From Deltaproteobacteria bacterium (GTDB lineage: Bacteria; Desulfobacterota; Desulfomonilia; UBA1062), in assembly GCA_029547045.1 (NCBI GenBank), contig JAKPQL010000022.1, positions 6,450 through 70,449 of the forward strand: a stretch of 64,000 nt of DNA. The letters run 5' to 3'. This document shows, one piece after another, positions 20,155 through 30,452 of the stretch; position 1 is the first letter of the stretch, and every line of letters starts with the position of its first letter. Position numbers and translations under genes: made by a program. Below the pieces are notes generated by a model. The model was given only the letters and a program-made list of their open reading frames with translations, searched no databases and had not been told where the DNA came from.

Positions 20155-21087
20155 TCACAGCATCCTGACGGTGATGCGCTTCCGGTCATCCAGCCGGTGG
20201 ATGCCTGCCCTCCGGGCCGCATCCAGGGCGTCCTCGTACTCGACCGCGGTGATGCGCCGGTCGATCCGTGGGTCTTTGCCGGCACGGTGGCAGGGGTGGT
20301 ACTGGTCCATGACGTTCACATAGGTGTGCCGGGATACCTGCTCCGCAAGAAACCGCATGACGTCCTGTGTGCCTGCCAGGCCCCCGGGCATGACCAGGTG
20401 CCGCACCAGCAGGCCGCTGCGGGCGATGCCGCGATCGTCCATGACCAGGTCACCCACCTGGCGGTGCATCTCCAGGATGGCGTTGCACGCCGCATCCCGG
20501 TAGTCTGGCGCACGGCAGAAGGCCTGTGCCGGCTCGGGGTCCCAGAACTTGAAGTCGGGCATGTAGATGTCGAAGACGCCCTCCAGAAGCCTGAGGGTCT
20601 CCACCGCATCGTAGCCGCCCGTGTTGTAGACCAGGGGGAGGTCGAGCCCTGCGTCTGCCGCTATGACCAGGGCCTCCAGGATCTGGGGCACCACGTGGGA
20701 GGGTGTCACGAAGTTGATGTTGTGGCAGCCCCGGCCCGCAAGGTCGAGCATCATGCCCGCGATCTCCCGCGGCCCCACCTCGACGCCTTCAGCGCCGTGG
20801 CTGATGTCTGAGTTCTGGCAGAAGGTGCACAGCAGGTTGCACGAACTGAAGAAGATGGTGCCGGAGCCGTGGGACCCCACCAGGGGCGCCTCCTCGCCGA
20901 AGTGCGCCCCGAAGCTGGCCGCCTTCGCATGCCTGCCGGTCCTGCAGAAGCCCGACCCGCCTCGGGTGCGGTCGACCCCGCACGCGCGGGGGCAGAGCCG
21001 GCACTCCCGGAGCTGTTCCAGGGCCGTTGCTGCCCTGTCACTGAGGAGGCCCTGTTCGTGGAGTCTGGCATAGGATGGGGTGAACAT
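20155..21087 (-). CDS. Radical SAM protein, PflX-like (pyruvate formate-lyase activase homolog, COG1313)
   Basis: CNLLCTFCQN matches the C-x3-C-x2-C radical SAM motif. Size (about 310 aa) and an N-terminal Cys pair are typical of PflX-like proteins. Confidence 0.8.
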   Translation of the reverse strand: MFTPSYARLHEQGLLSDRAATALEQLRECRLCPRACGVDRTRGGSGFCRTGRHAKAASFGAHFGEEAPLVGSHGSGTIFFSSCNLLCTFCQNSDISHGAEGVEVGPREIAGMMLDLAGRGCHNINFVTPSHVVPQILEALVIAADAGLDLPLVYNTGGYDAVETLRLLEGVFDIYMPDFKFWDPEPAQAFCRAPDYRDAACNAILEMHRQVGDLVMDDRGIARSGLLVRHLVMPGGLAGTQDVMRFLAEQVSRHTYVNVMDQYHPCHRAGKDPRIDRRITAVEYEDALDAARRAGIHRLDDRKRITVRML

Positions 21088-21126
21088 GCGACCTCCCCGG
21101 TCAGATCCGTACCCGGCGGGACACGT

Positions 21127-21666
21127 CTATTTCTTCTTGTACGTTCCCATGAGCTCGGCCGTGCCCAGGACATGCCCCTGGATGGCCTTGAGCATGTCCT
21201 TCTTGGTCGCGCCTGGCTCCAGGGTCAGGGAGGTGTCCAGCGCGTAGAGGCGGAAGTAGTACCGGTGGGTGCCCCAGGGCGGGCACGGGCCTCCGTAGCC
21301 GAAGTCTTTGAAGCTGCTCTTGCCGTGGATGCCCCCGGGCGCGGGCCTCTCGGTCTTGGGCATGGCCTCGGGCAGCGCGGTCAGGGTGACGGGGATGTTG
21401 TAGTACACCCAGTGCACCCAGGTCCCGATGGGCGCGTCCGGGTCCTCGCAGATGAGCGCCAGGCTCCTGGTGCCTGCGGGCACCCCTGACCAGGCGAGAG
21501 GCGGCGAGATGTCCTTTCCCTGGCAGGTGTAGAGCTGCGGGATCTCGCTCCCATGCCTGAACGCTGAGCTCTTGAGCTCAAAGGCATGGGCGGATGCCGC
21601 GAGTGCCAGTGCCAGGCAGCATGCCAGGGGCAGGGCCGATTTCCGAAGGGTCCGAATGGTTGTCAT
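21127..21666 (-). CDS. YbhB/YbcL family PEBP (Raf-kinase-inhibitor-like) protein with signal peptide
   Basis: Signal peptide (…LALAASAHAF). The motifs …DPDAPIGTWVHWVYYNIP…GGPCPPWGTHRYYF are PEBP family hallmarks. Confidence 0.8.
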   Translation of the reverse strand: MTTIRTLRKSALPLACCLALALAASAHAFELKSSAFRHGSEIPQLYTCQGKDISPPLAWSGVPAGTRSLALICEDPDAPIGTWVHWVYYNIPVTLTALPEAMPKTERPAPGGIHGKSSFKDFGYGGPCPPWGTHRYYFRLYALDTSLTLEPGATKKDMLKAIQGHVLGTAELMGTYKKK

Positions 21667-21776
21667 GGAAACCTCCTCATGGGGAACTCGTAAGGGTAAT
21701 AATAACTCCCTGATGGACGTTTTCCACACAACGGATCAGCCCATGTCAAGACTCGTTAGAAATGTCCCACAACGGA

Positions 21777-22493
21777 TCAGTCCAGGAGTTCCCTGAGCCT
21801 CTTCGCGTTCGCCGGGGCATGGGCCTCAGAATCGTTGTCGAAGAACACGTAGGTGTCGACCCCGAGGCCGCGGATCTTCCCCGCCCAGGCGGACAGTTCG
21901 TCTTCCGTGTAGCACGATGCGTAGAGCTTCTTCGGGCCGTGCAGGCGGATATAGGCGAAGTCGGCGCTCACGGCCTCCCGGAAGGGATACCTGCCCGCGG
22001 TGTCCGAGATGCACCAGGCCACGTTCGCATGCCTCAGGCAGGTCATGGCCTCGTCGCTGACCCAGCTCTCGTGGCGCGCCTCAAGGGTGAACCTGCGGCC
22101 CCGGGGCAGGATGCCAAGGAAGCTCTCTGCCATTGCAGGGTCGAAGGCCAGCGAGGGCGGGAGCTGGAAGAGGACGGGGCCGAGCTTCGCCCCCAGGGGG
22201 GCCAGGGAGTCCAGGAACAGCTCAAGGGCCTGGTCCGCGTGGCGGAGCCTCCTGACGTGGGTGATGAAGCGGCTCGCCTTCACAGCCCAGACGAAACCCT
22301 CGGGGGTGGTCTGCGCCCACTTCCCGAAGGTCGACGGCCGCATGGAGCGGTAGAAGGTGGCGTTCACCTCCACGCAGGAGAAGGTGCGGGCGTACCATTC
22401 GAGCCACCGGGTCCTGGCGAGGCCTTCGGGGTAGAAGGGTCCCCGCCAGTGGTCGTAGTTCCACCCCGAGGTGCCCACGAAGAACCGCTGCAT
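21777..22493 (-). CDS. DUF72 (UPF0759) family protein
   Basis: The N-terminus MQRFFVGTSGWNYDHW is typical of DUF72 proteins. Confidence 0.8.
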   Translation of the reverse strand: MQRFFVGTSGWNYDHWRGPFYPEGLARTRWLEWYARTFSCVEVNATFYRSMRPSTFGKWAQTTPEGFVWAVKASRFITHVRRLRHADQALELFLDSLAPLGAKLGPVLFQLPPSLAFDPAMAESFLGILPRGRRFTLEARHESWVSDEAMTCLRHANVAWCISDTAGRYPFREAVSADFAYIRLHGPKKLYASCYTEDELSAWAGKIRGLGVDTYVFFDNDSEAHAPANAKRLRELLD

Positions 22494-22510
22494 GACCGGC
22501 TGCCCGTGCC

Positions 22511-22972
22511 TCAGACCATTTCGGGGGTCAGGATCCACATGACGGCCCAGGACCGCCGGTCATGCAGGTATTCCATGCACACGATGCCTGCGTTCCTGAA
22601 CCTGACCACGGTCGGCTCCGGATCTCCGGTCAGGAGGAGCGCCGCGAGGCGCTCCAGGAAGGGCAGGTGGCCCACCACCATGAGATCCTCGTCAGGCCTC
22701 AGGCAGGCCGCAAAGGCAGCAGCGTCATCCAGGGGGTCGAGACCCTTCTCCTGCACGGGCTCCCTTCCCGGGGTCAGGAGGGCGGCAAAGGACTCAGCGG
22801 TCTGCCGCGCCCTCTTCCTGCCGCTGTGGATGATCCGGGAAACGCCGATGCCGAGCTCTCTCGCCTTGATGGCGACGCGCTGCACCTCTATCCTTCCGGC
22901 GTCGGTGAGCCCCTGCTCCGGGTCCGCGTTCTTGGACATGCTCAGGCCGTGCTGCACCAGGTACAGGCCCAT
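22511..22972 (-). CDS. sixA: Phosphohistidine phosphatase SixA-like (histidine phosphatase superfamily)
   Basis: The sequence LYLVQHG…RARQT is the RHG catalytic motif context. Size is about 150 aa. Confidence 0.75.
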   Translation of the reverse strand: MGLYLVQHGLSMSKNADPEQGLTDAGRIEVQRVAIKARELGIGVSRIIHSGRKRARQTAESFAALLTPGREPVQEKGLDPLDDAAAFAACLRPDEDLMVVGHLPFLERLAALLLTGDPEPTVVRFRNAGIVCMEYLHDRRSWAVMWILTPEMV

Positions 22973-22988
22973 GCGTCGACCTCCTTAT

Positions 22989-23924
22989 TCAAAGGTTCAG
23001 TGTCTTTGCCAGGTAGCGGGTCATCTGGCCCACCACCATCTCCATGACCTCGCGGGGCAGGAAATACCCCTGGCTCTCGGAGGCGAGCAGGTTCGTGACC
23101 TCCTCCACGGTCCTGGCCACGTCCCGGGTCCTGCGGTAGGCATCCTCGATGACAATGCGGGTGAGGCGCGCGGACTCCATGGACCTCGGCATGAAGCCCC
23201 TGGCGTCATCCCCGGTGAGCGCGCCGTAGTGCTCGGCGCAGTGGACGTCCACATCGAGACGAGACATCCGTTGCAGGCTCGCCTGGTACTGGTCGTAGTT
23301 GGAGTTGGCTGCGGCGAAGACCTTGTCGCCGAAGGGTATGCCGCCGGCGTCGGATGCGAACAGGGCCTTCTCCTGGGGGCAGTACACGGCGATGGAGCAG
23401 GACGAGTGCCCCGGCACCTCCATGACCTCCAGGTCGAGGTCGCCGGCCTGGAGGGTCTGGCCGTCGGTGAGGACCTCGTCCACCACGATGGACCCGAACG
23501 GCAGCCCCAGCTCCGCCTCCCTTCCCTCCATGCCTTCACGCGCCAGGAGGACACGGTTGAAGTCCACGATCACGGCGACGACCTCGGGACGAAGGAGCTG
23601 GTCCCTGCCTCGCCGGGAGGCGCATACGCGCACGTGCGGCAGGCGCTTGCGGAAAAACGGCACGATGCCCACATGGTCGAAGTGGCTGTGCAGGATGATC
23701 AGACGTGTGATCTTCGATTCGTCGATGGAGAAGTCGGCGAGCTGTGCGAGGATATCCGGGACGACGTAGGTCATGCCGCCGCCGAGAAGGGAATATTCCT
23801 CAGGGCCACCCACGAGGTAAACGCACGATTCCTGCCTTCCCAGGAGGGTGATCCTGTCGGTGACCGGTCCGGGCCTGTCGATGACCATGAGCGCCTCCCG
23901 CACAGTGTTGGTCCATGCTACCAC
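22989..23924 (-). CDS. MBL-fold metallo-hydrolase
   Basis: HSHFDH motif (metallo-beta-lactamase HxHxDH). Confidence 0.75.
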   Translation of the reverse strand: MVAWTNTVREALMVIDRPGPVTDRITLLGRQESCVYLVGGPEEYSLLGGGMTYVVPDILAQLADFSIDESKITRLIILHSHFDHVGIVPFFRKRLPHVRVCASRRGRDQLLRPEVVAVIVDFNRVLLAREGMEGREAELGLPFGSIVVDEVLTDGQTLQAGDLDLEVMEVPGHSSCSIAVYCPQEKALFASDAGGIPFGDKVFAAANSNYDQYQASLQRMSRLDVDVHCAEHYGALTGDDARGFMPRSMESARLTRIVIEDAYRRTRDVARTVEEVTNLLASESQGYFLPREVMEMVVGQMTRYLAKTLNL

Positions 23925-24028
23925 GGGTGCACGGGGCTGTCAAAATCCGCCGAGACCGGGGATTTTCAGGCTTGCCCTGGTGCACCGCTTTCATATATGG
24001 GGAGACCTCTGGAGGAAAGGAGCGCATC

Positions 24029-25186
24029 ATGGGCATCATGTCGAACACGGTGAGTATCTGTCAGTACCTTGTGGAAGGCGAGCCGGGCAATGCCTCCTGG
24101 GTGCAGGAGCGCCTGAACAGGAACCGGTTCGTGCCCATCGACGCCACGGCCGACGAGGAGGCGAGCGGGTGGGTCACCCTGGACGACCACGCCAGCACCG
24201 ACTTCGACAACGAGAACGTATTCCGGCGAGACCCGTACTATGCCTTCACCTTCCGCAGGGACCAGCGCCGGGTGCCGCCCGCCGTGCTCAAGGGCATGGT
24301 GGACAGGGAGTGCGCCCGATGGCTCGCCGAGCGGCCATCCATCAGCCGCATGCCCTTCAGGCGAAAGGCGGAGATCCGCGAGAACCTCCATGCGGCGCTG
24401 TTGGGCAGGACCCTGCCTGTGCCCGCCACCTGCGACGTGGTCTGGAATGCCGAGACCGGCGTCCTCACCCTGACCGCCATCAGCGAAAAGGTGCTCGACC
24501 TCGTGGAGGACTGCTTTTCCCGCACCTTTGACGGACTGAGCCTCGAGCCAGTCCACCCCATGGCCAGGGCACACCGGGTCCTGGACGCGGACCGGCACGC
24601 CCTGCTGGACAAGGCCGACCAGGCGCCTTCCAAGGACGTGCTCCTGCAGATCAAGCGCAACCGCTGGGTCGGGTGGGAATTCCTCCTGTGGCTCATGTAC
24701 CGCAGCGGCAAGGGATCCTCGGTGTACGAGGTCGACCAGGAGGGACCCCTGGCCAAGGGCGAGAGCTTCATGGCCTATGTCCACGACAAGTTCGTGCTCG
24801 TGGCCGAGCACGAGCAGGGCAGGCGAAGGAGCGCCATCACCGGCGCCCAGCGGGAGTTCGCCGAGGCCAGGGAGGCCCTGCGGGACGGCAAGAACATCAC
24901 GGAGGCCCTCATATACCTGGACAAGGACCCACAGGCCTGGAAACTCACCCTGAAGGCCGATATCTTCGCCTTCGGGTCGTTCACCTGCCCGGTGGTGCAG
25001 CTGGAGAAGGACGAGATTACCGACCCGGCTTCCGAGCGCATCGCGGTGTTCTACGAGCGCATGCACCTCCTGGAGACCGGAATACAGCTCTTCGACAGCC
25101 TCTTCGCCGCCTTCATGGGCGAGCGCATCGCGGGTTCCTGGCCCGAGCGGCTCAGGAAGATCAGCGAGTGGGTCGCCAAAACCTGA
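24029..25186 (+). CDS. Hypothetical protein, 385 aa (possible RdgC-like recombination-associated protein; weak resemblance only)
   Basis: The ORF has a good RBS (AAAGGAG). A loose pattern similarity to RdgC (GW…P… and a central basic region) is not decisive. Confidence 0.5.
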   Translation: MGIMSNTVSICQYLVEGEPGNASWVQERLNRNRFVPIDATADEEASGWVTLDDHASTDFDNENVFRRDPYYAFTFRRDQRRVPPAVLKGMVDRECARWLAERPSISRMPFRRKAEIRENLHAALLGRTLPVPATCDVVWNAETGVLTLTAISEKVLDLVEDCFSRTFDGLSLEPVHPMARAHRVLDADRHALLDKADQAPSKDVLLQIKRNRWVGWEFLLWLMYRSGKGSSVYEVDQEGPLAKGESFMAYVHDKFVLVAEHEQGRRRSAITGAQREFAEAREALRDGKNITEALIYLDKDPQAWKLTLKADIFAFGSFTCPVVQLEKDEITDPASERIAVFYERMHLLETGIQLFDSLFAAFMGERIAGSWPERLRKISEWVAKT

Positions 25187-25247
25187 CCGGGACGTTTTGG
25201 ACATTTAACAATTTATATTAATACCCTCCGATGCCGATACTCCCTGC

Positions 25248-26207
25248 ATGGACGTATTCCGGCCCATTCCCGTGGATGTCATCCAGGTGGACGAGCGGTC
25301 CGTGGTGGACCTGTTCGTGCGCCACGAGGACAGGCTGGTGAGTTTCCTCGAAAAGGGCGGGACGTTCACGCGGGACCACCTCGTGCAGCTCAACCGGCAC
25401 GGGTGCACCAGGGTCTACATCAGAGGCGCCGAGGCCACGGCCTTCGAGCGCTATGTCAGCACCTATTCAGACAGGATCCTCACCGACCCCACCATCCCCT
25501 CCCGGGTGAAGGCAGCCACATTCTACGTGGCATCCACCCATGCCCTGAGGAATGCCTTCGAAAACCCGGACGCGCAGCAGATAGAGGAAATCAAGAAGAC
25601 CCTGCATCCCATGTTCAGGAGCATCATGAACAACGAGGTCCTGCTGAGCGACCTCTTCGCCATCACTGAGCACGACTTCGCCACCTATACGCACAGCGTG
25701 AACGTGGGCATCTATGCCACGGCCCTGGCCATCCGCTTCTACAAAAACGACCGGGCGGTGGGCGCGGCCGAGATGGAGCGGCTCTGCTACGGGTACTTCC
25801 TCCACGACATCGGGAAGTCCAGGGTGCCCCTGAGCATCCTGAGGAAGCGGGGCTCCCTGAGCGAGGACGAGTGGAAGGTCATGAGGAAGCACCCCGAGTG
25901 GGGGTACACCAGGCTCATGGAGACCGGCCACCTCACCGAGGAGGCCGCCTACATCTCCCTGCAGCACCACGAGAGGCCTGACGGGTCCGGCTACCCCCTG
26001 GGCATGAAGGACATCCATCCCTGCGCGAGGATCTGCACCATGGCTGACATCTACGACGCACTCACCGCCGAGCGCCCGTACAAGAAGTCCATGAACCCCT
26101 TCGACGCCTTCGGGATCCTCAGGCGGGAGGCCTTCACCGAGTTCGACCACAACCTGCTGGGCACCTTCATCAGGATGCTCGGGCCTGAGAAGGATGTGAT
26201 CCACTGA
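25248..26207 (+). CDS. HD-GYP domain cyclic-di-GMP phosphodiesterase
   Basis: HD…HHERPDGSGYP motif (HD-GYP). Confidence 0.85.
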   Translation: MDVFRPIPVDVIQVDERSVVDLFVRHEDRLVSFLEKGGTFTRDHLVQLNRHGCTRVYIRGAEATAFERYVSTYSDRILTDPTIPSRVKAATFYVASTHALRNAFENPDAQQIEEIKKTLHPMFRSIMNNEVLLSDLFAITEHDFATYTHSVNVGIYATALAIRFYKNDRAVGAAEMERLCYGYFLHDIGKSRVPLSILRKRGSLSEDEWKVMRKHPEWGYTRLMETGHLTEEAAYISLQHHERPDGSGYPLGMKDIHPCARICTMADIYDALTAERPYKKSMNPFDAFGILRREAFTEFDHNLLGTFIRMLGPEKDVIH

Positions 26208-26327
26208 CAACCTTTCCCGGGCGACCCGCGCCCTGCATGGCCGTCAACCCCGATACCCTGCGCGGAAACGGCGCCTCGCCCTCAAGGATTATACCCTCAT
26301 GCCGAAACAGAGGGCAGGGGGGTATGC

Positions 26328-29072
26328 TTGAAGATCCTGATCAACTGGAACTCCATCCGCGCCAAGCTCCTTGCCGGGTACGGCCTGGTGTTCATCGCCA
26401 CCATCGTGGCGGCGAGCATCGGCATCCACTCCATGGTGCGTGACACCATCGAGACGAACATCGAGAACGAGCTGAAGAACTCCACCGCCGCCATCCTCGG
26501 CATGGTGCAGACCTCTGCGGACACGTCCATCAAGAACCACCTGAGGGCCATTGCCCAGAACAACCGGGACATCGCGGAGAGCTTCTACAGCCGGTACCAG
26601 GCAGGCGAGCTCACCGAAGAGGAGGCAAAGAGGCAGGCCCGGCAGATCATCCTGGCCCAGCGCATCGGCAAGACAGGGTACCTGTACTGCGTGGACAGCA
26701 ACGGCGTGGCGGTGGTGCACAAAGAGCCCGGGGTGGAGGGCCGCAACTTCTCCTACCGTGAGTTCGTCAAGGAGCAGATGCGCCGGAAGGAGGGCTACCT
26801 CACCTACGACTGGCGCAACCCCGGGGAGCTGAAGCCGCGGCCCAAGGCGCTGTACATGACCTACTTCGCACCCTGGGACTGGATCATCTCCGCCTCGTCC
26901 TACCGCGAGGAGTTCTCCGACCTGGTGAACGTGGGCGACTTCCGCGACCACATCCTGGGCATGCGCTTCGGGAAGACCGGGTATTCCTACGTCATCGACG
27001 GCAACGAGAACATCATCATCCACCCCTCCCTGAAGGGCCCCATCTCGAACATCGATGACCCGGAGCTCAGGCAGACCGCCCGCAAGATCTTCAGGCAGAA
27101 GCAGGGAAAGATCACCTACGAGTGGAAGAATCCCGGCGAGGAGGTCGCCAGGACCAAGGTCGTGATCCTGAACTACATACCCGACCTCGACTGGGTGGTT
27201 GCATCCTCCGGGTATGTGGATGAGATCTATGCGCCTTTGCATCGCATCAGGAACATCATCGCCTTCATCACCGTGGTCGCCATGGTCTTCGTGCTCCTCA
27301 TCACCCTGTGGATCAGCTCCACCATCACCTCGCCCCTGAGGGCGCTCATGGGGAGGTTCGAGGCCGGCGCCACCGGGGACTTCTCGGTCCGCATGAGGAG
27401 GCAGTCCCGTGACGAGATAGGCAGGCTGTCCGAATACTTCAACTCCTTCATGGCGAAGCTCCAGGAGTACAGCGACAACCTGCACAGGGAGATCACGGAC
27501 CACCGGAAGTCGCTGGAGGCACTCAGGCAGAGCGAGGAACGGTTCCGCTCGCTCGCGGAGAACTCCCCGGACATCATCGTGAGGCTCGCCGCCGACGGCT
27601 CCATCAGCTACATCAACCCGGCCGTGGAGAAGGTGTTGGGGTACAGCCGCGAGGAGCTCATCGGGAGGGACTTCACCTGCTTTGTCAGAAAAGACGACAC
27701 CGCGGAGTATATCCGTAACTTCACCAGGATGTGGAAGGGCAGGGAGACCATCGTGGACTACAACGGGACCCTCGTGCACAGGGACGGGTCGCTGCGCTAC
27801 TTCATCTTCTGCGGGTCCACCACGGCCAACGCCCAGGGCGAGGTGACGGGCATCGAAGGCATCCTGAAGGACATCACGGAGCGCAAGCACCTCGAGTCAC
27901 AGCTGCAGCAGTCCCAGCGCATCGAGGCCGTGGGGACGCTCGCGGGCGGCATCGCCCACGACTTCAACAACATCCTCACGGCCATCCGCGGGTCGCTGGA
28001 CCTGTGCCTGCTGAAGCTCGGGGAGGACGACCCGGTCCGCCAGCACCTCAGGCACATCGAGCACGCCTCCGTGAGGGCGTCGGACCTGACCCGGCAGCTC
28101 CTCCTGTTCAGCAGGAAGCAGCCCATGGAGACCGAGCCGGTGAACCTGAACACCTCGGTGCAGAGCATCCTCAGCATCATCGAGCGCCTCATCGGCGAGG
28201 ACATATCCATCAATATCGATCTGGCTCCCGAGCTCCATTCGGTCATGGCCGACAGGACCACCATCGAGCAGGTCATCATGAACATCGTCATCAATGCCCG
28301 CGACGCCATGCCCGATGGAGGCAGCATCTCCATCAGGACCGAGAACAGGGTCGTCGATGAAGGCTATGTCAGAAAATATCCCTATGCGAAGACCGGCAGG
28401 CATGTCTGCCTCACCATCGAGGATACGGGCGAGGGCATGAGCAGCGAGGTGCTCAAGCACATCTTCGAGCCCTTCTTCACCACCAAGGAGCAGGGCAGGG
28501 GCACCGGGCTCGGGCTGGCCGTGGTCTACGGGATCGTCAAGCAGCACCGGGGGTGGATCAACGTGGCCAGCAGGCCGGGAGAGGGGACGACGTTCAGGAT
28601 CTATTTCCCCTCGGTGAGCATCAAGGCCGCAGCGCAGGAGCCTGAGCGCAGGCCGGACGAATCCGTCACGGGCAGGGGCGAGAAGGTCCTCGTGGTGGAG
28701 GACGACGCAGACGTGCTCCGGTTCACCCTCGAGGCGCTCGAAGCTCATGGATACACGGTCTTCCCCGCCAGGAGCGCCGCCGAGGCAGTGGGCATCTTCG
28801 AGGCGAAGGCGGATGAGATCGGCCTGGTGTTCAGCGACGTGGTGCTCCCGGACCGGAACGGGGTGGACCTGGTGGAGGGGCTGATCGCCGTCAGGCCCGA
28901 CCTGAGGGTGCTGGTCACCAGCGGCTACATGGATGAGACCACCAGGTCCAAGCTGATCAGGGACTGCCGCCATCCCTTCATCCCCAAGCCGTACACGCTC
29001 CACGACATGCTCCGGGCCATCCGGGAGACCCTCGATGCGGTGCAGACCGCGCGGCGGGGCACTGCGGCATAG
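26328..29072 (+). CDS. Hybrid sensor histidine kinase (dCache-HAMP-PAS-HisKA-HATPase-REC)
   Basis: TTG start and an N-terminal TM segment. Two Cache-like repeats ([13 protein letters not shown]…, [12 protein letters not shown]…), a second TM plus HAMP, a PAS domain, an H-box [13 protein letters not shown], the N/G boxes and a C-terminal receiver (VLVVEDD…D). Confidence 0.85.
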   Translation: MKILINWNSIRAKLLAGYGLVFIATIVAASIGIHSMVRDTIETNIENELKNSTAAILGMVQTSADTSIKNHLRAIAQNNRDIAESFYSRYQAGELTEEEAKRQARQIILAQRIGKTGYLYCVDSNGVAVVHKEPGVEGRNFSYREFVKEQMRRKEGYLTYDWRNPGELKPRPKALYMTYFAPWDWIISASSYREEFSDLVNVGDFRDHILGMRFGKTGYSYVIDGNENIIIHPSLKGPISNIDDPELRQTARKIFRQKQGKITYEWKNPGEEVARTKVVILNYIPDLDWVVASSGYVDEIYAPLHRIRNIIAFITVVAMVFVLLITLWISSTITSPLRALMGRFEAGATGDFSVRMRRQSRDEIGRLSEYFNSFMAKLQEYSDNLHREITDHRKSLEALRQSEERFRSLAENSPDIIVRLAADGSISYINPAVEKVLGYSREELIGRDFTCFVRKDDTAEYIRNFTRMWKGRETIVDYNGTLVHRDGSLRYFIFCGSTTANAQGEVTGIEGILKDITERKHLESQLQQSQRIEAVGTLAGGIAHDFNNILTAIRGSLDLCLLKLGEDDPVRQHLRHIEHASVRASDLTRQLLLFSRKQPMETEPVNLNTSVQSILSIIERLIGEDISINIDLAPELHSVMADRTTIEQVIMNIVINARDAMPDGGSISIRTENRVVDEGYVRKYPYAKTGRHVCLTIEDTGEGMSSEVLKHIFEPFFTTKEQGRGTGLGLAVVYGIVKQHRGWINVASRPGEGTTFRIYFPSVSIKAAAQEPERRPDESVTGRGEKVLVVEDDADVLRFTLEALEAHGYTVFPARSAAEAVGIFEAKADEIGLVFSDVVLPDRNGVDLVEGLIAVRPDLRVLVTSGYMDETTRSKLIRDCRHPFIPKPYTLHDMLRAIRETLDAVQTARRGTAA

Positions 29073-29157
29073 CCCAGGGGAGTATGGTCGGTGCATGACC
29101 GGCACCACATACTGATTCTTCAGGTATTCCGGGCAAGGCATACATTTCCATTGCCAC

Positions 29158-29185
29158 TTGACCTGATCTGAATATACAATTGTAT
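29158..29185 (+). promoter_or_regulatory. Promoter-like TTGACC followed by a perfect 12-bp palindrome ATACAATTGTAT (candidate operator)
   Basis: TTGACC lies at 29158-29163 and the palindrome at 29174-29185, in the AT-rich leader of the toxin-antitoxin operon. A -10 hexamer is not cleanly assignable. Confidence 0.3.
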
Positions 29186-29254
29186 TTTACATCTGTGCGA
29201 GACACCCCTTTGCTGATGATTGATATGGGATATCCTCTTGTGAGGAGGTCAGGA

Positions 29255-29410
29255 ATGAACAGTCTGAACGATTACCCCAAGGCCGGTGAGGCCGTCTTTC
29301 ACCGACTCCACGCGTTCACCGTGAGTCGCAGGTGGGGCATGCTTGTGTCCATGAAGGCCGGGAACAAGTTCTGCGCCCCCTACGGCCCTCCATGCCGGTT
29401 CCATTCTTGA
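29255..29410 (+). CDS. Small hypothetical protein (51 aa)
   Basis: Strong RBS GAGGAGG 7 nt upstream of the ATG. It lies 30 nt upstream of relE/parE in the same orientation, and no family was recognised. Confidence 0.3.
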   Translation: MNSLNDYPKAGEAVFHRLHAFTVSRRWGMLVSMKAGNKFCAPYGPPCRFHS

Positions 29411-29440
29411 CCACAGCTTATATTATAAGATATAAAGCTT

Positions 29441-29698
29441 ATGTACCACATTAACTGGAGTCCCAAGGCATTCAGGCAGCTTGGAAAAATTGCTGATCGC
29501 AGAGCTGTGAAAAACATCACTGTAGCGATTGACCAGCTCTCTGCCTTTCCCTTCTGCCGGGGGATAAGGCGCCTTGCAGGACATGAGTACGACTACCGGC
29601 TGAGGGTGGGAAGATACCGCGTATTGTTCGATGTTCACAGGGAAGTGAGGATCATAGAGATACAGGAGGTAAGGAGAAGAGATGAGCGCACGTACTGA
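29441..29698 (+). CDS. Type II toxin, RelE/ParE family
   Basis: 85 aa. …YRLRVGRYRVLFDVHREVRIIEIQEVRRRDE… matches the RelE/ParE C-terminal signature. Confidence 0.85.
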   Translation: MYHINWSPKAFRQLGKIADRRAVKNITVAIDQLSAFPFCRGIRRLAGHEYDYRLRVGRYRVLFDVHREVRIIEIQEVRRRDERTY

Positions 29699-30026
29699 TA
29701 TTCAGATTATAACCCAGGACGGTAGACCTGCCTTTGTAGTGATTCCCTACGAGGAATACATTCGCACTCATCCGGGAGAGCCCCGTGTTCCGGAAAACGG
29801 GTATATCCCGAACGAGGTGGTCAAGATGGTTACCCTTGACAACCTCACCCTTGCCCGGGCATGGCGCGAATACCTGGGGCTGACACAGGTGCAGGTTGCA
29901 GAACGGATGGGAATCACGCAGGCGGCACTTTCCCAGATGGAATCAGGGGCGAAGCGGATGCGCAAGGCCAGCGTTGAGAAGCTTGCAGCTGCATTGGGTG
30001 TGCAGCCGGGTCAGCTCATGCCGTGA
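29682..30026 (+). CDS. Antitoxin with C-terminal XRE-family HTH (HigA-like; toxin-first arrangement)
   Basis: It overlaps the toxin stop by 17 nt. The C-terminal LTQVQVAERMGITQAALSQMESG is an XRE helix-turn-helix. Confidence 0.75.
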   Translation: MSARTDIQIITQDGRPAFVVIPYEEYIRTHPGEPRVPENGYIPNEVVKMVTLDNLTLARAWREYLGLTQVQVAERMGITQAALSQMESGAKRMRKASVEKLAAALGVQPGQLMP

Positions 30027-30032
30027 AGTAAG

Positions 30033-30452
30033 ATGGAGAAGATGGTGAAGAAAACATTGATCCTGCTTTGCATGGGTATGATTGCCGGTCCCTTATATGG
30101 CAATGCAAGGGAGAACCCCTGGGTTTCATTCATAAATAACCCTGGGGAAAAAACATATATTCAATGCAGAGAAATGGTGGAAGATTCAGAGAAGATATTG
30201 AGGGCGAAAAGGCCTGATGAGCATATCCCATGCACGCCTGTACGGGAGAATCTTTTTTCGAGGGATAAGATCTTTGATGATTTTGTAATACTAGTGAGCG
30301 AAGGAAATACTTATGCAATCAAGTTAGGCATGCAGGTGTATCCTTTTACAGATGCTGGTACGATGGAGGATATCTGCCAAGCTCTTTCCACAGCTTTTCA
30401 TGCTGACCCAATAAATTTTCTAAAACTATTGAAACAGAAAAAAAATAACTGA
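30033..30452 (+). CDS. Hypothetical secreted protein (signal peptide; AT-rich, atypical composition)
   Basis: N-terminal hydrophobic segment LILLCMGMIAGPLYG and visibly low GC. The gene ends 5 nt after an A8 homopolymer. Confidence 0.5.
   Translation: MEKMVKKTLILLCMGMIAGPLYGNARENPWVSFINNPGEKTYIQCREMVEDSEKILRAKRPDEHIPCTPVRENLFSRDKIFDDFVILVSEGNTYAIKLGMQVYPFTDAGTMEDICQALSTAFHADPINFLKLLKQKKNN
30438..30445 (+). other. A8 homopolymeric tract at the 3' end of the secreted-protein gene (potential slippage / frameshift site)
   Basis: Read directly (cagaaaaaaaataac). Removing one nucleotide here would fuse the 30033 ORF to the open downstream frame that ends at 30657. Confidence 0.9.

Noticed and set aside
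21762-24053. 763-aa plus-strand ORF spanning the DUF72, SixA and MBL hydrolase genes
   Set aside because: It overlaps three well-supported minus-strand genes. Its translation is Gly/Arg/Pro-rich without motifs.
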